The notes under the pieces were generated by a model. The model worked only from the letters and a program-made list of their open reading frames with translations. It did not search any database and was not told the origin of the DNA. From NCBI GenBank assembly GCA_035281625.1, contig DATEDO010000024.1:266-64265 (forward strand): a stretch of 64,000 bases of DNA, in the 5' to 3' direction. Shown piece by piece: positions 19,535 through 28,807 of the stretch (within the stretch, counting starts at the first letter, position 1; the number at the start of each line of letters is the position of its first letter). The translations under genes were made by a program, and so were the position numbers. This DNA is from Candidatus Methylomirabilota bacterium (lineage in GTDB: Bacteria; Methylomirabilota; Methylomirabilia; Rokubacteriales; CSP1-6).

Positions 19535-20396
19535 AGAGCCCGGCGGGGCGAAGGATCAGGATGAGCGACAGCACCGCGTAGGAGGCGATGACGCGAATGT
19601 CGGAGGCGGCGACGTAGACGGCCGCCGTCTCCACCAGCCCGAGCAGGAGCGCGCCGACGAGGCTGCCCAGCACATTGCCCAGCCCTCCCAGGATCACCAC
19701 CACGAGCGCGGTCACGGTGTAGGGCAGGCCCATGAAGGGCGTGAGCTCGAAGAGCATGCTGACGAGCGAGCCGGTGGCCGCGGACATCGCCACCCCGGCG
19801 CCGAAGCAGCGGGCGTGAAGGCGCGGGACGTCGATCCCGATCAGCCGCGCGCCGTCCGGCTCCTGCATCAGCGCGCGCACCGCCTTGCCGGCGAGGCTGC
19901 GTCGCAGGTAGACGTAGAACGCGACCGAGAGCACGAGCGCCACCGCCGCCGCGACCATGCGGTTGGCAGGAAACACGGTGCCGAAGAGACGGACCGGCGT
20001 GGCGAGGTAGCTATAGCCCCTGAGGTCGGCGCTCCAGAGGAGCAGCGCCCCGTTCTGGAGCACGAAGAGCAGACCGAAGGACAGGAGCAGCGAGCGGGCC
20101 TCGAGCCCGCCCGCCTCGCCGGAGGCCAGGACGGGCGCGTAGAGAAGGCGGTGGAGCGCCACGCCCGCGGCGAACGCCGCGGGCGTGGTGATGAGCAGCG
20201 TGAGGAGCGGCGGCATCCCCCACGCCGTGTGGAGCGTGAAGGTGCCGTACGCCCCCAGCATCAGGAACTCGCCGTGCGCCACGTTGAGGACGCGCATGAG
20301 CCCGTACTGGAGGTTGAGCCCCAGCGCGACGAGCGCATAGACGCCGCCCGTCGTGAGCCCGCCGATGACGATGTCGGCGAGGAGAGTGCCGGTCAT
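19524..20396 (-). CDS. branched-chain amino acid-type ABC permease (LivH-like)
   Basis: ATG 20396 (MTGTLLADIVIGGLTTGGVYALVALGLNLQYGLMRVLNVAHGEF, a typical LivH N-terminus). Shares 1 nt with the upstream stop (TGATG). Confidence 0.88.
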   Translation of the reverse strand: MTGTLLADIVIGGLTTGGVYALVALGLNLQYGLMRVLNVAHGEFLMLGAYGTFTLHTAWGMPPLLTLLITTPAAFAAGVALHRLLYAPVLASGEAGGLEARSLLLSFGLLFVLQNGALLLWSADLRGYSYLATPVRLFGTVFPANRMVAAAVALVLSVAFYVYLRRSLAGKAVRALMQEPDGARLIGIDVPRLHARCFGAGVAMSAATGSLVSMLFELTPFMGLPYTVTALVVVILGGLGNVLGSLVGALLLGLVETAAVYVAASDIRVIASYAVLSLILILRPAGLFGR

Positions 20397-21607
20397 CACG
20401 CCCACGCGGGCTTGGGCACCACCGGGCTGCCGGTCGCCGCGCTCCGGGGCCAGACCAGCTCGAACTCGCCCTTCTGCCACTGGCCGACCATGCCGGGCGT
20501 CGCCACGTTCTCGCCCTTCACGAACTTGATGGGGCCCGCCACCGTCTGGAACTCGGTGGCGTCGAGCGTGGCCTTGATCTTCGGGCGGTCGAGCCCGACG
20601 TCGGCCACGCACCGCTCCAGGATCTGAAGCGACGCGTAGGCGAAGGCGCTCGCCCACCGGTCCGGCTCCTTCTGATGCTTCTTGACGTGCGCGTCGTAGT
20701 ACTCGCGCGCGCCGGGATGCTTCACCTTCGGGTTCCAGCCCGCGATGCCGGTGACGCCCTCGGCGCCCTTGAAGCGGTCACGGTAGAACGGGAACGCGGT
20801 GCCGACCGCGGTGATGAACACCGGGGGATTCCAGTCGACCTCCTTGGCCTGGGTGGTGACGAGGATGTTGTCGGGCGGATAGGTGAGCCCGATGAAGGTG
20901 TCCGCCCCCGCGGCCTTGAAACCCTTGAGGATGGGAGAGAGGTCCTTCACGCCCAGGGGATAGCTCTTGGTGTCCACGACCTCGAGCCCCGCCTCCTTGA
21001 GCGCCGGCCCGGTGGCGGCGTTGAGCTCGATGCCGAAGAGATCGTTGACGTAGGCCACCGCGACCTTGCCCGCCTTGCCCTGGGCCTTCAGATCCTTGAG
21101 ATAGGCGCCGAACGCCTTCATCTGCGGCTCGGGCTGCACGAGCAGCGTGTAGAAGTACGGGATCGCCAGCTCCTTGAACTTGGCCGAGATGGCGGTGGGG
21201 CCGATGAGCGGATAGCCATGCTTGCTCGCCACCGGGGCGATGGCGAAGTTCATGGCCGAGCCCCACGGGGGCAGCATGAGGTCCACCTTGTCGTCGGCGG
21301 CGAGCTTCTCGTAGAAGCGCACTGCGGTCTCGATCTCGCTGCGGTCGTCGATGGCGAGGAACTCGACGGGGCGCTTGGCGCTCTCCCCCTTGATGGTGAG
21401 CCCGCCCTTCGCGTTCACCTGCTCCTGCCAGAGCGCGTAATTCGGGGCCTGGGTGATCCCGGCGCCCACCGCGTAGGGGCCGGTGGCGGACAGGGAATAG
21501 CCGATCCGCACCGCCTTGGCCTGGGCGCGCGCCCGCCCGGTCCACATGGGCACGGTGGCCGCGCCCGCCGCCGCGGTGGTGAGAAAGTCCCGCCTGCGCA
21601 TCGTCAT
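20396..21607 (-). CDS. Leu/Ile/Val-binding-protein-family substrate-binding protein, Tat signal
   Basis: ATG 21607 with GGGAGGA upstream. Leader MTMRRRDFLTTAAAGAA. 403 aa, type I periplasmic binding fold pattern. Confidence 0.88.
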   Translation of the reverse strand: MTMRRRDFLTTAAAGAATVPMWTGRARAQAKAVRIGYSLSATGPYAVGAGITQAPNYALWQEQVNAKGGLTIKGESAKRPVEFLAIDDRSEIETAVRFYEKLAADDKVDLMLPPWGSAMNFAIAPVASKHGYPLIGPTAISAKFKELAIPYFYTLLVQPEPQMKAFGAYLKDLKAQGKAGKVAVAYVNDLFGIELNAATGPALKEAGLEVVDTKSYPLGVKDLSPILKGFKAAGADTFIGLTYPPDNILVTTQAKEVDWNPPVFITAVGTAFPFYRDRFKGAEGVTGIAGWNPKVKHPGAREYYDAHVKKHQKEPDRWASAFAYASLQILERCVADVGLDRPKIKATLDATEFQTVAGPIKFVKGENVATPGMVGQWQKGEFELVWPRSAATGSPVVPKPAWA

Positions 21608-21639
21608 GGTGTCGGTTCCTCCCTCGTTGGAGTGGGGCA

Positions 21640-22365
21640 TCAGACGGGCGCCGTCGACGGCTCGCCCAGGTAGGCCTCGAGGACGCGGCGATCCCGGGCC
21701 ACCGCGGCCGGCGGCCCCTCGCAGATCACCTCGCCGTGGTGCAGCACGACGCACCGGTCCGCCGCGCTCATCACCGCCTGCATCACGTGCTCGACCCAGA
21801 AGATCCCGATCCCGCGCTCCTCCCGGATACGCTTGAAGAGCGCGATGGCCCCCGCCACCTCGGTGGGGGTGAGCCCGGCGAGCAGCTCGTCCAGCAGGAG
21901 GAAGCGGGGTCCCAGCGCGAGCGCCATCGCCAGCTCGAGGAGCTTGCGCCGCACGCCGGTGAGGGCGCGGGCCGGCACCCCGGCCTGGGCGCCGAGCCCG
22001 GCGAGGGCGAGGAGGGTCTCGGGCGGGTCGGCGCGGCGCGCGCTGAAGCGAGCGGCGGCGCGCACGTTGTCGAGAGCGGTGAGGTCGAGGAACGGACGCG
22101 GGGTCTGAAACGTTCGCCCCACTCCCAGCCGGCTGATGCGGAACGCGGGGAGGCCCACCAGCTCCTCCTCGTCGAGGCGCAGGCGGCCGGTCGAGGGGCG
22201 CACGAGCCCGCTGATCACGTTGAAGAGGGTGGTCTTCCCCGCGCCGTTGGGGCCGATGAGGGCCACGATCTCGCCCTCCCCGACCTGGAAGTCCACCTCG
22301 TGGAGGACGCGCAGTCCGCCGAAGTGCTTCCCGATGCGCGTCCCCGCGAGGCCCGCGCGCGCCAT
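21640..22365 (-). CDS. ABC transporter ATP-binding protein (LivG-like)
   Basis: Walker A GPNGAGKTT, Walker B FLLLDE, H-loop VEHVM. LivG-style degenerate signature LTGVRRKLLELAMAL. No LivF partner gene in this operon. Confidence 0.9.
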   Translation of the reverse strand: MARAGLAGTRIGKHFGGLRVLHEVDFQVGEGEIVALIGPNGAGKTTLFNVISGLVRPSTGRLRLDEEELVGLPAFRISRLGVGRTFQTPRPFLDLTALDNVRAAARFSARRADPPETLLALAGLGAQAGVPARALTGVRRKLLELAMALALGPRFLLLDELLAGLTPTEVAGAIALFKRIREERGIGIFWVEHVMQAVMSAADRCVVLHHGEVICEGPPAAVARDRRVLEAYLGEPSTAPV

Positions 22366-23057
22366 CAGGCCGTCGAGGCGCTCCGGAGCCAGTCGAGGAC
22401 GTCGGCGGTGCGGGTGACCGCGCCGAAGAAGGTCTCCACGTTGAAGAGCGTGGCCGCCTGCTGGCCCTCGGGGCCGGCGGCCATGGTGGCGTCGGCGACG
22501 AGAACGGGGCGGTATTCGTGGAAGAAGGCGTCGCGGAGGGTGGACTCCACACAGACATTGGTGGCGACGCCGGTGAAGATCAGGTCGGTGACGCCCGCGG
22601 TGCGCAGCAGCGAATCGAGCGCAGTGCCCGCGAAGCCGCTGTAGCGGCTCTTCGGCACCACGAGGTCGCCCGCCTCCGGCTTGAGGTCATCCACGATCGC
22701 GTGATCCCAGGTGCCGTGGACGAGCAGTCGGCCCGCCAGCTCGGGTCGCTCGCGCATCAGAACGAGCGCGAGCTCCTTGTCCCAGTTGGGCGAGGTCGGG
22801 CCCCCGCTGTCCGCCAGGTCGGGGCGATAGCCCATCTGAAGGTAGACGACCTTGATCCCGACGGGCCGCGCCGCCATGAGAAGCCGTCGCGCGGCGTCCA
22901 CGACCGAACGCGCGCCGTCGATGTCCAGGCCGGCGAGATCGAAGAGCCCCCCGCGCTCGACGAAGGCGTTCTGCATGTCCACGACCACGAGCGCGGTCCG
23001 CCCGGGATCGAGCGTGACCGCCCTCGGCCGGGCCGCGAGGGGACGCATGCGCGCCAC
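22365..23057 (-). CDS. isochorismatase-fold cysteine hydrolase, RutB-like (ureidoacrylate amidohydrolase family)
   Basis: Triad contexts VVVDMQN (Asp), VPKSRYSGF (Lys) and ATNVCVESTLRD (Cys). From memory it is colinear with E. coli RutB over the whole length (DLAGLD, GGPTSPN, LFNVETFFG). GTG 23057 or ATG 23048. Confidence 0.85.
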   Translation of the reverse strand: MARMRPLAARPRAVTLDPGRTALVVVDMQNAFVERGGLFDLAGLDIDGARSVVDAARRLLMAARPVGIKVVYLQMGYRPDLADSGGPTSPNWDKELALVLMRERPELAGRLLVHGTWDHAIVDDLKPEAGDLVVPKSRYSGFAGTALDSLLRTAGVTDLIFTGVATNVCVESTLRDAFFHEYRPVLVADATMAAGPEGQQAATLFNVETFFGAVTRTADVLDWLRSASTA

Positions 23058-23067
23058 CGCCGGCGGG

Positions 23068-24135
23068 CTAGCGGGCGCCGAGCGACTTCTCGACGAACAT
23101 CTTGGCGTCGAACTCGTCCGCCACGCGCCCGTCGTTGTCGAGCATGGCCTGAGCGTCCACGGCGGCGAACTCCATCACGCCCATCTGCTCGTACGCCTTG
23201 CGTACACGGGACCCCCAGAGCCCGATGTCCTTCACGGTGGGGACGATTCTCGAGAAGAGGCGGGTGCGGAACAGCCGCATGTACTCCGACTTTTCCACCG
23301 CATCCACGCACTCCTTCACGGGCAGGCCGAGGTTTTCCCACACCTCGCCTTGATTGAAGCGGTCCCGCATGTGATAGCAGGCCTCGACCACGAACTCCTC
23401 GCGCTCGTCCCGCTCCGCGTCGGAGAGGTGCGGGTAGTAGTCGCGGAGGGCGAGCCGGCCGAAGGCCACGTGCCGGGCCTCGTCCTGCATGACGTAGGCG
23501 TTCACGCCGGCGGCCAGGGTGTTGGACGAGGTGTCCCGGATGCGCTGGAAGGCGGCGAGGGCGAGGCCCTCGATCAGCACCTGCATGCCGAGATAGGTCA
23601 TGTCCCAGCGCCGGTCGGAGATCGTGCTCTCGAGGAGCAGGGCCAGCGTCTTCGTGATGGGGTAGGCCAGCTTCACCTTCTCGTGGAGGAGGCGCGCATA
23701 GGCCTCCACGTGCCGGGCTTCGTCCATCACCTGCGTGGCGGCGTAGAACTTCGCGGGAACGCCCGGCACCGTCTGCACGATCTTGGACGTCGCGATCAGC
23801 GCTCCCTGCTCGCCGTGCATGAACTGCGACAGCGTGTGGGCCTGGAGATTGCGCCGGACGTGGGCCTTGTCCTTGTCCGAGAGCCCGTTCCAGAGGGGCG
23901 TCCCGTAGATCGCGATGGTGCGGTCGTCCAGTCCCATGGGGTTGTCCGGATCCACGGGCAGCGACCAGTCCAGGCGCTCGGCGGCGTCCCACTGCTGCTT
24001 CTTGCCCTTGCCGTAGAGCTTCAGGAGATCGGCGCCCCCGTCCTCGTACTCCCAGGTGAACGCGGTGGTGGTCTGGCCCTCGAACTTCCACTGGGTCTGC
24101 TCGACGGGCAGCCGGTACAGGAACTGGGTTGACAT
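23068..24135 (-). CDS. ferritin-like diiron-carboxylate protein (putative oxygenase)
   Basis: ATG 24135 with GGGAGG upstream. Ligand pattern MHGEQG ... DEARHVE ... LIEGLA ... DEARHVA (E, ExxH, E, ExxH), as in R2/AurF/desaturase-type four-helix bundles. Confidence 0.75.
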   Translation of the reverse strand: MSTQFLYRLPVEQTQWKFEGQTTTAFTWEYEDGGADLLKLYGKGKKQQWDAAERLDWSLPVDPDNPMGLDDRTIAIYGTPLWNGLSDKDKAHVRRNLQAHTLSQFMHGEQGALIATSKIVQTVPGVPAKFYAATQVMDEARHVEAYARLLHEKVKLAYPITKTLALLLESTISDRRWDMTYLGMQVLIEGLALAAFQRIRDTSSNTLAAGVNAYVMQDEARHVAFGRLALRDYYPHLSDAERDEREEFVVEACYHMRDRFNQGEVWENLGLPVKECVDAVEKSEYMRLFRTRLFSRIVPTVKDIGLWGSRVRKAYEQMGVMEFAAVDAQAMLDNDGRVADEFDAKMFVEKSLGAR

Positions 24136-24217
24136 GGCGCCTCCCGTGGGCTCGGCTCGCCCCGGCGCCGATGCCGGGGCACTGTTGGTATCCGAGCATA
24201 TCATTTACATTGTTGGC

Positions 24218-25030
24218 ATGCCTACCTCATCCCCCGCTCACGCGAGCCTGGCCGGCCGAACCGTGCTCATCACGGGCGCGGCCGGCGGCATCGGCGCCGC
24301 CGTGGCCCGCCGCCTCGCCGCCGCCGACTGCCGGCTGGTCCTCGCCGATCTGGATGGCGCGGCCGTCGAGAAGCTCGGCGCCGAGCTCGGCGGGGCGGGC
24401 GTGCGCGCCGACGTCACCCGCCCGGCCGATATCGCGGCCATGGTGGACGTCGCCTATCGGCGCTGGGGCCGCCTCGACGTGCTCTTCAACAACGCGGGCG
24501 TGATCCGGGTGCAGCCGCTCCTCGAGGTGACGCCCGCGGAGTGGGACCGCGTGCTCGACGTGAACCTCCGGGCGGTGTTCTTCGTCCTCCAGGCCGCCGC
24601 GCGCCGCATGGTCGAGCAGCCGCCCATGCCCGGCTCCGAGCTGCGGGGCAAGCTGATCCAGACGGCCTCCATCGCCGCCTATCGCGGGGCCAGCCCCCTC
24701 GTCGGCCCGTATGCCGCGTCCAAGGCGGGGGTCGTCAGCATCACCCGTACTGCGGCGCAGGCGCTGGCGTCCCACCGCATCACCGCGAACTGCGTGTGTC
24801 CGGGCGCGGTCGACACCGCGATGTGGGCGCAGATCGATCGCGAGCAGGGAGCGCTCGAAGGGCGGGCGCCGGGCGAGACATGGACGCGCCGCATCTCGGG
24901 GGTGCCGCTGGGCCGCGGCGAGACCGCGGACGATGTCGCCGGCGTGGTCGCATTCCTCGCCGGCCCGGATTCGGACTACATGACGGGACAGGCGATCAAT
25001 GTCGACGGCGGCCTCGTCATGGGCAACTGA
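24218..25030 (+). CDS. SDR family oxidoreductase
   Basis: ITGAAGGIGAA cofactor motif, NNAG, YAASKAG active site. 270 aa. Divergent from the diiron operon across 82 nt. Confidence 0.9.
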   Translation: MPTSSPAHASLAGRTVLITGAAGGIGAAVARRLAAADCRLVLADLDGAAVEKLGAELGGAGVRADVTRPADIAAMVDVAYRRWGRLDVLFNNAGVIRVQPLLEVTPAEWDRVLDVNLRAVFFVLQAAARRMVEQPPMPGSELRGKLIQTASIAAYRGASPLVGPYAASKAGVVSITRTAAQALASHRITANCVCPGAVDTAMWAQIDREQGALEGRAPGETWTRRISGVPLGRGETADDVAGVVAFLAGPDSDYMTGQAINVDGGLVMGN

Positions 25031-25210
25031 GCGGCGCCGCTTCCAGGTAATCCCTACACGGAGTGGTAAGTTTGTCCGGTCCGGCGTGCGGCCTCCGCGC
25101 GCCGGATGACGAAGACGGTGCATGGTGCCCGCTCCCCATCGACCACTACGGCGGGCCCTTGCGCCGCGCCTGCCCTCCGCAACTCCCCGGAGGGGTCTTG
25201 CCCGGCCCCC

Positions 25211-25226
25211 TGGCACGCGCCGTGCC
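25211..25226 (+). promoter_or_regulatory. sigma54-like (-24/-12) element upstream of two small membrane-protein genes
   Basis: TGGCACGCGCCGTGCC has correct GG/GC spacing, 37 nt before ATG 25263. A chance match is plausible in GC-rich DNA. Confidence 0.3.
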
Positions 25227-25262
25227 TCGTTACCGTCTGGCGCGGCTGCCAGGAGAATCCCT

Positions 25263-25679
25263 ATGAAACACTCATTGTTAGCCATCACACAGGAAGGCAC
25301 CCGGCAGGCGTGGGACACGATCGAGACGGCGGCGCTGGTCTACGTGGGCGTGGGGCTCATCGTGACCGTCCTGGCCCTCGGCTGGTTCGTGGACTGGCGC
25401 CGGGGACGAGCGGCGAGGGCGGCTGCGCTCGAGGCGCAGGTGACCGACGCGCTGATGAACGAGCCCGATCTCCTGTGGACCTCGGTCGCGGCGGTAGCCC
25501 ATGTCCCGGCCTGGCCGACTCAGCCCGTCACCCTGGAGCTCCGGGGGGAGATGAGTGGAGCTGACTCGCGAGAGAAGGCCGTGCGCGCGGCGCTGCGCGT
25601 GCTCGCCGACTATCCCGGTCGCGTGAAGCTCGAAGATCGGTTGTGGGTGGAGCCCGCTCCGGTTCGGCTCGCCGCGTGA
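25263..25679 (+). CDS. hypothetical membrane protein
   Basis: ATG 25263 follows AGGAGA. One TM helix (AALVYVGVGLIVTVLALGWFV). No family recognised. Confidence 0.5.
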   Translation: MKHSLLAITQEGTRQAWDTIETAALVYVGVGLIVTVLALGWFVDWRRGRAARAAALEAQVTDALMNEPDLLWTSVAAVAHVPAWPTQPVTLELRGEMSGADSREKAVRAALRVLADYPGRVKLEDRLWVEPAPVRLAA

Positions 25680-25699
25680 ATCCCCGTACGATTCGGGTG

Positions 25700-26095
25700 A
25701 TGCGGGGGCCGGTCGTCGCCCTCGTGATCGTGGCCGCCTTCGTGGCATTGGCGGGCTACGGGAGCTATCGGGTGGCGCGCCATCTCTTCGGCTGGAGCGC
25801 CGTCGCTCCCAAGAGCGAGGCGTTCCGGGTGGAGATCGAGGAGGCGACGGTGCGCCGGGTGGACCTCGGTGACTCCAAGGTGGAGCTGTCTTCCGATCTC
25901 CTGGGGATGTTCGGGGCGACGCTGGTCGTGACCCCCAGCACCCAGATCGAGCTCTCGGGCTCGCCGGCCGAGCTCAAGGACCTGCCGACGGGGGCGAAGG
26001 TGCGCGCGGCCTACGAGTGGAAGGATGGCTTCAAGATCGCCCGCCTGATCGCGGCCGACGACGTCCCCGCCGCCAAAGGCCCCATTACCCGCTAG
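25700..26095 (+). CDS. hypothetical membrane-anchored protein
   Basis: ATG 25700. N-terminal TM helix (VVALVIVAAFVALAGYG), then a beta-rich domain. No family recognised. Confidence 0.5.
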   Translation: MRGPVVALVIVAAFVALAGYGSYRVARHLFGWSAVAPKSEAFRVEIEEATVRRVDLGDSKVELSSDLLGMFGATLVVTPSTQIELSGSPAELKDLPTGAKVRAAYEWKDGFKIARLIAADDVPAAKGPITR

Positions 26096-26113
26096 CCCCG
26101 GGGGCCTGTCGCT

Positions 26114-26770
26114 CTAGCGCTCGGCGGCGGTGACGCCGACGGGGCAGGAGACGCCGGTGCCGCCGATCCCGCAGTAGCCCCAGGGATTCTTCGCCAGGTA
26201 CTGCTGGTGATAGTCCTCGGCGTAGTAGAACGGCGGGGCGGCCACGATCTCGGTCGTGATGGCGCCGTACCGCGCCGTGCCCAGCGCCTTCTGGTACATG
26301 TCGCGCGACGCCTCGGCGGCCCGCTGCTGCTCGTCGCCGTAGGTGTAGATGGCCGACCGGTACTGCGTGCCCACGTCATTGCCCTGTCGCATGCCCTGCG
26401 TGGGATCGTGCCCCTCCCAGAAGGTGCGAAGCAGCGCGTCGTAGGAGATGCGCTTCGGGTCGAAGACCACCAGCACGACCTCGGTGTGCCCGGTGCGCCC
26501 CGAGCACACCTCCTCGTAGCTCGGGTTCGGCGTGTGGCCGCCCGCGTAGCCCACGGCGGTGGTGTAGACGCCGGGGAGCGGCCAGAAGAGCTTCTCGGCG
26601 CCCCAGAAGCAGCCCATGCCGAACACCGCCTGCTCGAGCCCGGCGGGAAACGGAGGCTCGAGCCGCGCGCCATTGACGAAGTGCGCCTCGGGCACGGCCA
26701 TGCGCTCGGCGCGGCCGGGCAGCGCCTCATCCCGCTTCACCAGCGTCAGCATCTTCTTGAATCCCAGCAT
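26114..26770 (-). CDS. msrA: peptide-methionine (S)-S-oxide reductase
   Basis: ATG 26770 with GAGGAGGAAG upstream. Catalytic GMGCFWGAE motif. Full-length MsrA pattern (218 aa). Confidence 0.93.
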   Translation of the reverse strand: MLGFKKMLTLVKRDEALPGRAERMAVPEAHFVNGARLEPPFPAGLEQAVFGMGCFWGAEKLFWPLPGVYTTAVGYAGGHTPNPSYEEVCSGRTGHTEVVLVVFDPKRISYDALLRTFWEGHDPTQGMRQGNDVGTQYRSAIYTYGDEQQRAAEASRDMYQKALGTARYGAITTEIVAAPPFYYAEDYHQQYLAKNPWGYCGIGGTGVSCPVGVTAAER

Positions 26771-26799
26771 GGCTTCCTCCTCGGCGAGCCGGCCCGCCG

Positions 26800-27999
26800 C
26801 TAGATGACGACCTTCTTCTCGCGCAGGGCCTGGATGCGCGCCGGGGTGTAGCCCGCCTCGGCGAGGATCTCGTCCGTGTGCTGCCCGCGCAGCGGCGCGG
26901 CGCGGCGCACCCCCGGCGACATCCGCGAGAAGTGAAGCGGTGTCCCCACCACGGGGATCTCGCCCAGCTTCGCGTGCTGCACCCGCTGGACGATGCCGCG
27001 CTCGGCAGTCTGCGGGTCGTTCATGACCTGGTCCACGGTATTGACGGGCGTCGCGGGCACGTCGGCCTCCTCGAGCTTCTTGAGGAGGGGCTCCCGGTCC
27101 TGCTCGCCGATCGTCGCTTCCAGTATGCTCTCCAGCTCCGTGCGGTGCTTCACGCGCTCCTGATTCTTGGCGAACCGCGGATCCTCGGCGAGAGCGCCGA
27201 GGCCGATGGCCCGCGCGAGCTTGCCCCAGAAGCGGTCGTTGGCGGCGGCGATGAAGATCCACTGGCCGTCGCGGCACTTGAAGTTTCGATAGGGCGACAG
27301 TGACGGGTGCCCGGAGCCGAGCGCCCGGGGAAGCGCGCCGGTGAGGAGATAGCCTTCGGCGTGGAAGGCGAGCAGGCTCACCGCGGTCTCGAGCAGCGAG
27401 CCGTCGACCCGCTGACCGAGCCCCGTGACCTGACGCTGTAGCAGCGCCGCGGAGACGCCGAGCGCGCAGAGGATCCCGGTCGAAAGGTCCAGGAACGACA
27501 CGCCCGCGCGTACCGGCTGCCCGCCGGGCTCGCCGGTGATCGACATGATGCCGCTGAAGGCCTGCATGAGCGCCTCGTAGCCCGGGCTGTCCTTGCGCGG
27601 CCCGGTGCGGCCGAACGCGGACACCGAGCAGTAGATGAGGCGCGGGTTCTCGGCGGCGAGGGTGTCGTAGCCGAGCCCGAAGCTCTCCATGGTGCCGGTG
27701 CGGAAGTTCTCGATCACCACGTCGGCGCCGCGAGCCAGCGCCTTCACGACCTCCACGCCTTCCGGCGTCTTGAGATCCAGGGTCATCGCGCGCTTGTTCC
27801 GGTTGAACAGGAGATAGGCGGCCGCCTCGCCGTCCTTGTAGGGCGGCCAGGTGCGCGACTCGTCGCCCGCCCCGGTGTCCTCGACCTTGATGACGTCGGC
27901 GCCGAGATCGGAGAGCAGCGCGCCGCACCAGGGGCCGGCGATGACGCGGGACAGGTCGATGACGCGGATGCCGTCGAGCGCGAGGGGAAATGAGGTCAT
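26800..27999 (-). CDS. family III CoA-transferase (CaiB/BaiF family)
   Basis: ATG 27999 ([26 protein letters not shown]). [10 protein letters not shown]. 399 aa. Confidence 0.9.
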   Translation of the reverse strand: MTSFPLALDGIRVIDLSRVIAGPWCGALLSDLGADVIKVEDTGAGDESRTWPPYKDGEAAAYLLFNRNKRAMTLDLKTPEGVEVVKALARGADVVIENFRTGTMESFGLGYDTLAAENPRLIYCSVSAFGRTGPRKDSPGYEALMQAFSGIMSITGEPGGQPVRAGVSFLDLSTGILCALGVSAALLQRQVTGLGQRVDGSLLETAVSLLAFHAEGYLLTGALPRALGSGHPSLSPYRNFKCRDGQWIFIAAANDRFWGKLARAIGLGALAEDPRFAKNQERVKHRTELESILEATIGEQDREPLLKKLEEADVPATPVNTVDQVMNDPQTAERGIVQRVQHAKLGEIPVVGTPLHFSRMSPGVRRAAPLRGQHTDEILAEAGYTPARIQALREKKVVI

Positions 28000-28024
28000 G
28001 GCGCGTATGATACCCCGTCCCGCC

Positions 28025-28753
28025 TCAGATCTGCCGGACGAGGAACGCGGCCCGGTCCATGGAGCGGAGGATCGCGGCGACGCGGCGGCGATAGGCCGTG
28101 GTCTCGACGCCGGGATGCCAGGCGCTCGGCATGGGAAGCCCGGCGGCGAGCGCCGCCGCCTCCGCGGGCCCGAGCCCGTCGGCGGAGCGGCCGAAGTAGC
28201 GCCGGCTCGCCGCGCCGGCCCCGTACACCCCGGGGCCGAACTCCGCCACGTTGAGGTAGAGCTCGAGGATGCGCCGCTTGGACAGCGTCCGCTCGAGCTG
28301 CCACGTGAGGATGGCCTCCTTGACTTTCCGATACGGGCTGCGTGATCCGGACAGCCAGAGATTCTTGGCAAGCTGCTGGCTGATGGTGGAGGCGCCGCGG
28401 GGGAGCTCGCGGTCGCGCACCGCGTCGGTGAGCGCGTTCCGCACCTCGCCGAAGTCGAAGCCCCCGTGCGAGAAGAAGTTGATGTCCTCCGCGACCAGCA
28501 CCGCGCGCTTGAGATCGGCGGAGATGGCGGCGTACGGTGTCCAGGTCCACGCCACGGGAGCGGGCTTGCCCTGGGCGCGGAGGCGCGCCCGGTAGTCGTC
28601 GATGAACGCGGTGGAGGTCGGGCGCTCGCGGCGGAGGCGCTCGACTTCGGGCCAGGTCAGGATCTCCCAGCCGACCACCGCCGCGGCGGCGAGCAGGACG
28701 GCGGCGAGGACACGCCGGCCCCAGCGCGCGCGTGGCTTGCTCCGGGGCGACAT
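28025..28753 (-). CDS. mtgA: monofunctional biosynthetic peptidoglycan transglycosylase
   Basis: ATG 28753. N-terminal TM anchor. GT51 motifs AEDINFFSHGGFD, GASTISQQLAKN and RRILELYLNVAEFG. Confidence 0.9.
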   Translation of the reverse strand: MSPRSKPRARWGRRVLAAVLLAAAAVVGWEILTWPEVERLRRERPTSTAFIDDYRARLRAQGKPAPVAWTWTPYAAISADLKRAVLVAEDINFFSHGGFDFGEVRNALTDAVRDRELPRGASTISQQLAKNLWLSGSRSPYRKVKEAILTWQLERTLSKRRILELYLNVAEFGPGVYGAGAASRRYFGRSADGLGPAEAAALAAGLPMPSAWHPGVETTAYRRRVAAILRSMDRAAFLVRQI

Positions 28754-28807
28754 TTCCTCTATGTTCTCCCGGAACCGAGCCCGGACCACTCGGAAAGGAG
28801 AGTCCCG

